A stretch of 64,000 nucleotides of DNA from Planctomycetota bacterium (GTDB lineage Bacteria > Planctomycetota > MHYJ01 > WSZJ01), in contig JBBTCT010000006.1 in NCBI GenBank assembly GCA_038060895.1, positions 39,403-103,402 on the forward strand. Direction: 5' to 3'. Shown in pieces: positions 57,173-64,000 of this stretch. Every line of letters starts with the position of its first letter. Within the stretch, counting starts at the first letter, position 1. Made by a program: the position numbers and the translations under genes. The notes beneath the pieces were generated by a model. That model was not told where the DNA came from and did no database searches. It saw nothing but the letters and a program-made list of their open reading frames with translations.

Positions 57173-58402
57173 ATGGCCTTGGATCCCCGGCTCGTCCGCG
57201 GAAATTTCCCGATCCTGCAGCGACAGGTGCGCGGAAAGCCCCTCGTGTACCTCGACAGCGCGGCGACGTCGCAGAAGCCCGAGGTCGTCATCGACACAAT
57301 GGCGCGCTTCTATCGCGAGTCGAATGCCAACGTCCACCGCGGCGCCTACAAGCTCAGCGAGGACGCGACCGCGATGTTCGAAGGGACGCGCGAGAAGGTC
57401 GCGAAGTACATCGGCGCACCGTCGGCCGAGGGGGTCATCTACGTCCGGAACACGACGGAAGCGATCAACCTGGTGGCGCACGGGTGGGGGCGGAAGTTCC
57501 TGAAGGCGGGGGACGAGATTCTGCTGACGGAGATGGAGCACCATTCGAACCTGGTGCCGTGGCATCTGCTGAAGCGCGACCGCGGGATTGTGCTGAAGCA
57601 CATCCCGATCACGGACGAGGGTCGGCTCGACCTTTCGAAGCTCGACGACCTGCTGACCAAGAAGACGAAGCTGGTCGCGGTCTGCCACGCCTCAAACGTG
57701 CTCGGGACGATCAATCCGATCGCGGAGCTCGCGGCGAAGGCGCATGCGGTCGGCGCGCTGCTCCTCGCCGACGGCGCGCAGGCCGTGCCGCACATGAAGG
57801 TCGACGTCAGCGCTCTCGGCTGCGACTTCTACGCGTTCAGCGCGCACAAGATGTGCGGGCCGACGGGGGTCGGCGTGCTGTGGGCCCGCCCCGAGATCCT
57901 CAAGGAGATGGACCCGTTCATGGTCGGCGGCGAGACGATCCTCGAGGTCTTCCTCGACCGCTCCACCTTCCGCGACCCCCCGCACCGCTTCGAGCCCGGC
58001 ACTCCGGCCGTCGCCGAAGTCGCCGGCCTCGGCGCCGCCATCGACTACCTCTCCGCGCTCGGCCTCGACGCCGTCCACGCCCACGAGGAATCCCTCGCCG
58101 AATACGCCCAGAAGAAACTCGCCGCCATCCCCGGCCTCGTCCTCTTCGGCCCCCGCTCCGGCCCGCGCGGCGGCGTCGCCTGCTTCACCCTCGAGCCCAT
58201 CCACCCCCACGACCTCGCCACCTGCCTCGACCAGGACGGCCTCTGCATCCGCGCCGGCCACCATTGCGCCCAGCCCCTCATGCGCCGCCTCGGCGTCGTC
58301 GCTACGGCGCGCGCCAGTTTCTACGTGTATACTTCGCCCTCCGACATCGACCTCATGGTCGAATCCCTCAACCGAACACGGGAGTTTTTCGGATGTCGCT
58401 AG
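57173..58402 (+). CDS. sufS: Cysteine desulfurase SufS (copy 2)
   Basis: YLDSAATSQKP, EHHSNLVPW, SAHK, FEPGTP, RAGHHCA. Confidence 0.95.
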   Translation: MALDPRLVRGNFPILQRQVRGKPLVYLDSAATSQKPEVVIDTMARFYRESNANVHRGAYKLSEDATAMFEGTREKVAKYIGAPSAEGVIYVRNTTEAINLVAHGWGRKFLKAGDEILLTEMEHHSNLVPWHLLKRDRGIVLKHIPITDEGRLDLSKLDDLLTKKTKLVAVCHASNVLGTINPIAELAAKAHAVGALLLADGAQAVPHMKVDVSALGCDFYAFSAHKMCGPTGVGVLWARPEILKEMDPFMVGGETILEVFLDRSTFRDPPHRFEPGTPAVAEVAGLGAAIDYLSALGLDAVHAHEESLAEYAQKKLAAIPGLVLFGPRSGPRGGVACFTLEPIHPHDLATCLDQDGLCIRAGHHCAQPLMRRLGVVATARASFYVYTSPSDIDLMVESLNRTREFFGCR

Positions 58403-58821
58403 AAAGCCTCTACCAGGAAATCATCATGGAGCACTTCAAGGCTCCACGGAACCGCGGCGAAATCGCCACCCCCGACGTCTCGATCTCCATGAACAACCCC
58501 TTCTGCGGCGACGACATCACCCTCCACCTCGCCCTCAAGGACGGCAAGGTCTCCGACGTGAAGTTCCGCGGCCGCGGCTGCGCCATCTCGCAGGCGTCCG
58601 CGTCGCTCATGACCGAGATCCTGAAGGGCAAGCCGATGGCCGAAGCGATGTCGAGCGCCTCGCTCTTCAAGAAGATGATGCGCGGCGAGACGAAGAAGCA
58701 CGAAGCCGACCCGCTGGGCGACATCGTCGCGCTGGAGGGCGTGCGCAAGTTTCCGGTGCGCGTGAAGTGCGCGCTCCTTGCGTGGAGTGCGTTTGAGGAA
58801 GGCGTGAAGGGGAAGAAGTAG
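58393..58821 (+). CDS. sufU: SufU sulfur-transfer protein (copy 2)
   Basis: LYQEIIMEH, NPFCGD, GCAISQAS, FPVRVKCALLAW. Confidence 0.95.
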   Translation: MSLESLYQEIIMEHFKAPRNRGEIATPDVSISMNNPFCGDDITLHLALKDGKVSDVKFRGRGCAISQASASLMTEILKGKPMAEAMSSASLFKKMMRGETKKHEADPLGDIVALEGVRKFPVRVKCALLAWSAFEEGVKGKK

Positions 58822-59381
58822 TGCTGGTTTTCCCTGGTCCCGCGCGGAGCTGGCAAGCTTCAGCGGGAGCACTCGGGTGCGCGCTCTTCCTGACTGCGCC
58901 CGTAATGGTCGCCCTGATCTACCTCTTGCGACTGCCGCGATGGCAACTCGGATTGGCCGTTCCTCTGACGATGATGCTCTTCGGCATTTTTCTGATGGTC
59001 AAGGGCTGGCGGGCCTCAGGAGAACTGCCGACGGGCCTCTCAATTGGTCCGGCGGGCGTAACCGCCCTCGCGGGAGATGACAGGGTGTGGGTCATAGACT
59101 GGGCGGACCTCGACCAGATTGAGTCTTCCGAGGACAGATCGGTCGATGGCGGGCAGAAGTACATCCTCAAGCTAAGTGCCCGCGCTGGCGGCAAGTCACA
59201 ATTCATCGTGGGCGGCACCTCGCACGATGGATTCGAGGTTACCGTGGACGAAAGGGTTGTTCGGGACCCGATCGCTAGGCTTGCGGCGGCGCTCACTTGG
59301 TATCGCGACCACCCAGAGTCTCGAAGCGAGCTTGAGCGGACCATCTGTATCCGGCACCGGTTGGAGACTCTTGGCGCTTGA
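58821..59381 (+). CDS. Hypothetical 2-TM membrane protein with PH-like soluble domain
   Basis: Two TMs; C-terminal LTWYRDHPESRSEL; lower GC. Confidence 0.6.
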   Translation: MLVFPGPARSWQASAGALGCALFLTAPVMVALIYLLRLPRWQLGLAVPLTMMLFGIFLMVKGWRASGELPTGLSIGPAGVTALAGDDRVWVIDWADLDQIESSEDRSVDGGQKYILKLSARAGGKSQFIVGGTSHDGFEVTVDERVVRDPIARLAAALTWYRDHPESRSELERTICIRHRLETLGA

Positions 59382-59911
59382 AAATCCCCCACCGAAAGGT
59401 CGTGACCGCCCTGGCGTTCGCATTCTCATTTTCGCTGACCGGGTGCTTCGTGGTCATGGCCATCCACCACCTGGACCAGCCACGCGGTGGATTCGGCGTC
59501 TTCTCGGATTTGATGTATGTGGTTATCGGCCTCGGGGGCGTCGTCTTGACGGCCCCGCAGCTCCTCAAGCCTTGCATTGTCCGACTCACGCCCGAGTTCC
59601 TGGAGATTTCGCGGACCTTTACGCTCTATCGAATTCCGTGGGAGGAGCTTGAAGACGCGGAAGTGATGGCGAAAGGGCACCTGCCCTTCATGAAAATCCG
59701 AACCAATCCGCCTCGTTCCAGTTGGATGGCGGAAATGGAACGCAAGCATGGAGACTTCGATCTTGGGCTCTTCTGGTGGGAGGTCGGCGTGCCGATGAAG
59801 TCACTCGCGAAGCTTATCTGGCTGTACGCCTCTGAGGCGTCCGAGCGCGAGGAACTCCGCGACGCAACCAGGACCGCGATGAGGTTCGACAGTCTGCGAA
59901 AGAGTTCCTGA
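59378..59911 (+). CDS. Hypothetical 2-TM membrane protein, likely paralog of the upstream gene
   Basis: Two TMs; RLTPE...IPWEEL; C-terminal IWLYASEASEREEL. Confidence 0.6.
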   Translation: MKIPHRKVVTALAFAFSFSLTGCFVVMAIHHLDQPRGGFGVFSDLMYVVIGLGGVVLTAPQLLKPCIVRLTPEFLEISRTFTLYRIPWEELEDAEVMAKGHLPFMKIRTNPPRSSWMAEMERKHGDFDLGLFWWEVGVPMKSLAKLIWLYASEASEREELRDATRTAMRFDSLRKSS

Positions 59912-59915
59912 CGCG

Positions 59916-60722
59916 TTGGCCAAGGTTCGCTTCGAGCGCAGCACGACCTGGGCCGCCGCGACGCGCGTCGTGTTTCTGGGCGGCAACGGGCACTGCACTG
60001 GGCGCCTGAACCCGGCTCGGTCGGCCCTGGCGCGGATGCTGGGGGCGGGGAAGTGTGCGCCGCTGGAGATCCGGGAAGTGGAGTACCCGGGGTTCGAGGG
60101 GCGAGCGCCGGCGGCGACGCTTGAGGACTTCCTCGCGGAAGCAGGACGACAGACGGCGCAACTCGCAACTCCCTCCACCGTCCTGTACGGCACCGGCGCG
60201 GGCGGACTCATCCTCCTGGCGCTCCGGGCGCGGGACGCCGCCCCCGGCCGAATCATCCTGCAGGCCCCTGTGCTCTGGGGGCTCGAGGCCCGGCGATTTC
60301 CGCTCTGGATGCGCGTTCCTGCCGCCGGCGCGATGGTGAGGGCGGCGATGCGCACCTCCCCTGTGAGGTGGTGGTTCTCAGGGAAGTATTTCACCGGGCG
60401 GGTGCATGGTGAAGTGAAGCGCGAATTCTTTCGCGGCTACGCCCGCTGCCGCGGATTCGCGCGGCTCTTCTCCTGGCTCGCGACGCCGTTTTTGCGCGAC
60501 CTCGAGGCGCGCTTCCGCGAGAAGCCGTCCCGACTGGAAGACATCGAGATCTGGTGGGGCGGGAAGGACCGCGTGCTGACGACCGAGGAGCTGGCGCCGA
60601 CGGAAGCCGCGCTGGGTGTGAAGTGGCCCCTGCGCGACTTTCCGTCCTGGGGGCACTACCCGATGATCGAGGCGCCCGAGGAGTGGATCGCGGCTGTTGC
60701 GGCGGAAGTGACGGGGACTTGA
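59916..60722 (+). CDS. Alpha/beta hydrolase fold protein with non-canonical nucleophile elbow
   Basis: YPGF, YGTGAGG, LQAPVL, WGGKDRVL, WGHYPMIE. The start is uncertain. Confidence 0.8.
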   Translation: MAKVRFERSTTWAAATRVVFLGGNGHCTGRLNPARSALARMLGAGKCAPLEIREVEYPGFEGRAPAATLEDFLAEAGRQTAQLATPSTVLYGTGAGGLILLALRARDAAPGRIILQAPVLWGLEARRFPLWMRVPAAGAMVRAAMRTSPVRWWFSGKYFTGRVHGEVKREFFRGYARCRGFARLFSWLATPFLRDLEARFREKPSRLEDIEIWWGGKDRVLTTEELAPTEAALGVKWPLRDFPSWGHYPMIEAPEEWIAAVAAEVTGT

Positions 60723-60847
60723 GCCGTACCCGCAGAACCTGCTTTGCCGTGGGGTCTGTTTCGGCGCCGGCGATCCCTTCGCCTCGACGATCCTGACCGG
60801 GATCGTGCACTGAGGGACCAGGGACTACCGCCGCCGCCGAATCAGAC

Positions 60848-60886
60848 CCTTTCGACTCGCCCTTCGGGCTCGCTCAAGGCAGAGCC
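60848..60886. repeat. REP-like family 1, copy 3
   Basis: cctttcgactc-gccc-ttc-gggc-tcgctcaaggcagagcc. Confidence 0.7.
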
Positions 60887-60897
60887 GACAGGCACCA

Positions 60898-61584
60898 CTA
60901 CTTTTTCGTCATGTCCTCGTTGAACTTGTCCTTGTTCTTCCGCCACCAGAGCTCGGCTTCGCCCGGGAGGCTGTTGAACGTTTCGCCGGTGAGCGTCTTG
61001 AGCCCGCCCGAGATCGCGGAGTAGACCGCAGCCTGGATGCCCGCGCTGCAGCCCATCCCGATGCCGACCTGTTTCTTGTAGAAGTCGAGGAGGACCTCGA
61101 CGCTGGCTTTCGACTTGATCTCGGCGAGAGCGTTGACCGCGGCGACGGTCGCGTCGGAGGCTTTCTCGTCCTTCATGGGGACGTTCCTGGAAGCAAAGTC
61201 CTTGAGCATCGGGATCGCGGTGGCGTGGCCGACCTTGCCGATCGCCGCGAACACCGCCTTGAGCACCTCCGGCTTTTTCGCGTTCGGCCCGACTCCTCCT
61301 GCGAGCGCCCTCGCGGCGTCCGCGAGGCCCTTCATGGATCCCAGCGCCTCGACGGCAGCGGTGCGGATCGCGTCGTCCGCGTCGGCCAGCATCGGCGCCA
61401 GGGCCGCAGCGACGGTCGCGTGCGGGCAAGTTCCGGCGTCGGCAATTGCGGCTTTCTTCGCTTCGGCTTCCCTGGCCGCCTTCAACGCCGCGACTTTCAC
61501 CTTTGCGTCCTCGGCGGACGGCGGATCACCGGCCATAGCAAACGAAGCGACGAGCGCGAGCGCGGCACAAATGCGGAACGCCAT
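60898..61584 (-). CDS. Secreted HEAT repeat protein
   Basis: SD ggagg + ATG 61584; signal peptide; IRTAAVEALG; LKTLTGETF...WW. Confidence 0.85.
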   Translation of the reverse strand: MAFRICAALALVASFAMAGDPPSAEDAKVKVAALKAAREAEAKKAAIADAGTCPHATVAAALAPMLADADDAIRTAAVEALGSMKGLADAARALAGGVGPNAKKPEVLKAVFAAIGKVGHATAIPMLKDFASRNVPMKDEKASDATVAAVNALAEIKSKASVEVLLDFYKKQVGIGMGCSAGIQAAVYSAISGGLKTLTGETFNSLPGEAELWWRKNKDKFNEDMTKK

Positions 61585-61653
61585 GTCGAGACCTCCGTGC
61601 GTTTTCCCCCGCACGCAAGCTACGGAAACAGAGCGGAGGATCTTCCCGGAATC

Positions 61654-62406
61654 TCAGCGACCGACGGAAATCGCCACGACCTCGGAGGCGCCCATGATGC
61701 GAAGTGCCGCGGCGCAGGCGCTGGCGGTTGCGCCCGTGGTAACGACGTCGTCGACCAGCAGAACGCGCTTCCCCGCGAAGTCTGGAACGCTTCCGAACAT
61801 CGGCTGCCTCGGGGCGAACAGCCCGGCTGCGTTCGCGATGCGGCCGGCGCGCGTGAGGAACGCCTGCTTTCCTGCCTTGCGCAGCCGGACCAGCGCCTTC
61901 GGGAAGAGCGGCCGGCCGAGGCGTGCGGCGACGGATTCGGCGAGCAGTTCGGCCTGATTGAAGCCGCGGGTGAGGAGTTTCCTGCGCGAGATGGGCACTG
62001 GGACGACCGCGTCGGGGCGGGGGCACTCGCGCTCGGCGAGGTCCGCCGCCAGCGCGCCGAGCGGGCGTGCGAGATGGATTTCGCCGCCGAGCTTGAAGCG
62101 CCGCAGCAGCGCGCGCAGCAAGCCGGCGTAGCGGGCGGCGCCGCGGGCCTTGTCGAATGCGAACTTCGTCTGGCGGCAGTCCTTGCACGGGATTCCTGGG
62201 GAGCGCAGCAGGCGCCCGCAGTCGGCGCACGTCGGGGCGGGAGTGGCGAAGATCTCCATGACGCAGGCGTCGCAGAAGCCCTCGGCCCGCCTTTTCCCGC
62301 ATGACATGCATAGCGGCGGGTAGAGCAACTCAAGCGCGGTCTCGCCCGCCGCGCGCGCGGCCGCAAAAAGAAAGCGGGCCGGCGCTGAGATCACGCCGGC
62401 CCGCAT
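61654..62406 (-). CDS. comF: ComF family protein (double Zn ribbon + PRTase)
   Basis: LLYPPLCMSC..CDAC..CADC..CKDC, VVPVP, RGFNQAELLA, LLVDDVVTTGAT. The start is uncertain. Confidence 0.92.
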   Translation of the reverse strand: MRAGVISAPARFLFAAARAAGETALELLYPPLCMSCGKRRAEGFCDACVMEIFATPAPTCADCGRLLRSPGIPCKDCRQTKFAFDKARGAARYAGLLRALLRRFKLGGEIHLARPLGALAADLAERECPRPDAVVPVPISRRKLLTRGFNQAELLAESVAARLGRPLFPKALVRLRKAGKQAFLTRAGRIANAAGLFAPRQPMFGSVPDFAGKRVLLVDDVVTTGATASACAAALRIMGASEVVAISVGR

Positions 62407-62422
62407 TGCTGTCGAAGCCAAA

Positions 62423-63538
62423 CTACTTCGCCGTCATCTTGTCCGCCGCTTTCTTCACGGCCGACTTCGCCGCGCCGTCCGCCTTGGAACCGTCGACCTT
62501 CGCCGCGAGGCGGGACGGATCGAAGCTCCCCGACGCGCTCGCACCCTCCAGCTTCTTCGCGAACTCCGCCGTCTTCGCGCCCGAAAGAGCCGCCCAGCAG
62601 AGGCGCAGGAAGTTGGAAGCGTCCTTGTCCTTGCCCGGCCACTTCTCCAGCGTCGCAATCACTTCGCCCGCGTTCGCCGTCTCGTCCTTGAGCAGGTGCG
62701 CTTCCGCAAGCAGTCTCCATAGGCGCGCATCGGCGTAGTGCTTGCGGCCTTCCTTCGCCGCCATGACCGCGCGGTCGAGTTCGTTGCGCTGGATGCACGC
62801 TTCGACAAAATCGGCGTAAAGCTCGCGCTTGTTCAGCTCGCGGACGGCCAGCCAGCCCTCGTCGAGGTCGCCACCGACGATCGCGGCGCCCGCCTGGGCC
62901 TTGAGGTTGACGCGCTTGAGGTCCTTGCTCTGCTGAAGAGCCGTCTCGTAGTGGCCCTTCGCGCCGCCGTCATCACCTGAGCGGCGGTGAATCTCGCCCA
63001 TCATGTAGTGCGCCTTCGGCGAGACACCCATGTTCGCTTCGAGCGCCGCGCCCTGAGCGTCGAGCGCCATCGCCTTCAGCTCGGCGTCGGACGGGTCCAT
63101 CACGAACTCGCGGAAACAGACATCGGCTTCCGCTTCGATCTGCTCGATCTTGTGGATGACGGCGTTGCAGGCGCGGACCATGCGGCGGGCGAGGTGCGGT
63201 TCCACCGGTGTTTCGGGGATTCCGTACTCCTTGTCGCCGGCGCAATTCCCCATCTCGTAGGTCTCGAGCATCAGGAAGGTCATGATCGCGTCGCGGACTT
63301 CCTTCGTGTAATCCTTGCCGCCCTGCTTGTCGGCCTTGATGTAGCCGATGTGGCGCCAGGCGTGCTTGTGCACGGGTTCGAGGCGGACGGACTCCTCGAA
63401 CTCCTGAAGCGCGAGGACGCGGTCGCCGCGATTTTCGGCGGCGATGCCCAGGTCGTAATGCGTCGGAACTGGCGTTTTGCAGCCGGCGAAGACGACGAGA
63501 AGTGAAGCGCCGGCAAGTGACAGGATCGGCGTGCGCAT
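62423..63538 (-). CDS. TPR-containing lipoprotein
   Basis: SD AGGAG, lipobox FAGC, TPR-like helices. Confidence 0.8.
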   Translation of the reverse strand: MRTPILSLAGASLLVVFAGCKTPVPTHYDLGIAAENRGDRVLALQEFEESVRLEPVHKHAWRHIGYIKADKQGGKDYTKEVRDAIMTFLMLETYEMGNCAGDKEYGIPETPVEPHLARRMVRACNAVIHKIEQIEAEADVCFREFVMDPSDAELKAMALDAQGAALEANMGVSPKAHYMMGEIHRRSGDDGGAKGHYETALQQSKDLKRVNLKAQAGAAIVGGDLDEGWLAVRELNKRELYADFVEACIQRNELDRAVMAAKEGRKHYADARLWRLLAEAHLLKDETANAGEVIATLEKWPGKDKDASNFLRLCWAALSGAKTAEFAKKLEGASASGSFDPSRLAAKVDGSKADGAAKSAVKKAADKMTAK

Positions 63539-63556
63539 GCGACGACTCCTGATGTC

Positions 63557-63735
63557 CGCCCCCGGGGGCGATTGTGCGCCTTTGATGCGGTGTGAATCAA
63601 GCGTGAAGTGACGCGGGGCGGCTTGGGCCGGCTTGGGCGGGACATTGGAAATGTTCGGCTGGACTTACCCGGCCCCGCGTCACTCCACACTTAATTCACA
63701 CCGCATCAAAGCCGCACCCTCGCCCCCGGGGGGCG
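63557..63735 (-). repeat. Long imperfect inverted repeat (~65-bp arms)
   Basis: Arms at 63557..63621 and 63669..63735 are about 90% complementary. Confidence 0.9.
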
Positions 63736-63903
63736 CACCTAAAGACTTGCGTCGCTTGCAAGGAAGTTGACGATGTGAGGGGGAGCGTGGGGACATGGGT
63801 TACGTAAGACACTATGGGACAAGAGTTTAAGACAGAGACTGGGAATCGTATTCCGGCGTATCGTTTGCAGCTTCTTCAAATCTTCCCACTCCGGAGTCCT
63901 TCC

Positions 63904-64000
63904 ATGATTCGCCCGACTCTTACAGGCGCCCTCCTGACCGCCCTCGCCCTGTCCGCCCGCGCCGAGGACGCGCCGATCGGCTGGGCCCTCCAGCGCGGCG
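63904..64000 (+). CDS. 5' end of a secreted protein (truncated by the window edge)
   Basis: ggag + ATG; MIRPTLTGALLTALALSARAEDAP signal peptide. Confidence 0.65.
   Translation, partial: MIRPTLTGALLTALALSARAEDAPIGWALQRG

Noticed and set aside
60810-60828. AGGGACC/AGGGACT heptamer doublet
   Set aside because: Only two units, too short to distinguish from chance.

Overview
A GC-rich bacterial chromosomal window, probably from a Planctomycetota-like organism. That placement is an inference from the many secreted HEAT/TPR proteins, a Ser/Thr kinase-FGE fusion, DUF1570-like zincins, an FG-GAP + multiheme cytochrome pair and a sigma54 promoter. It holds about 55 CDS. Recognisable genes are sufBCDSU plus a second sufS-sufU pair, vapBC, ssb, an ERCC4/XPF-like nuclease, a DUF72 protein, DnaJ/CbpA, NfeD-flotillin, ComF, PCD, two GNATs, a lipid kinase, a heparinase II/III-like protein, a histidine kinase and a degenerate GGDEF protein. 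I saw no rRNA, tRNA, CRISPR array, integrase or transposase. Five observations stand out. (1) A probable selenoprotein that the ORF track splits in two: an in-frame UGA sits at the redox position (UxxS) of a secreted thioredoxin-like/HEAT protein at 7159..8499. (2) Two four-helix-bundle (23S-IVS/Avd-like) genes are bracketed by three copies of a heptamer-built repeat, two direct and one inverted, and related 7-/9-mer arrays and an empty inverted-repeat element are scattered through the window. (3) A STAS-wHTH regulator heads an ssb-ERCC4 cluster, with a candidate partner GHKL kinase 27 kb away. (4) Two nested REP-like hairpin families carry GCGAAGC mini-hairpins. (5) There are several candidate cis-regulatory or small RNAs, including a leader-peptide attenuator before a GNAT and a 65-bp hairpin with G.U bias upstream of the TPR lipoprotein-comF operon. 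All family assignments come from motif recognition by eye; no searches were run.
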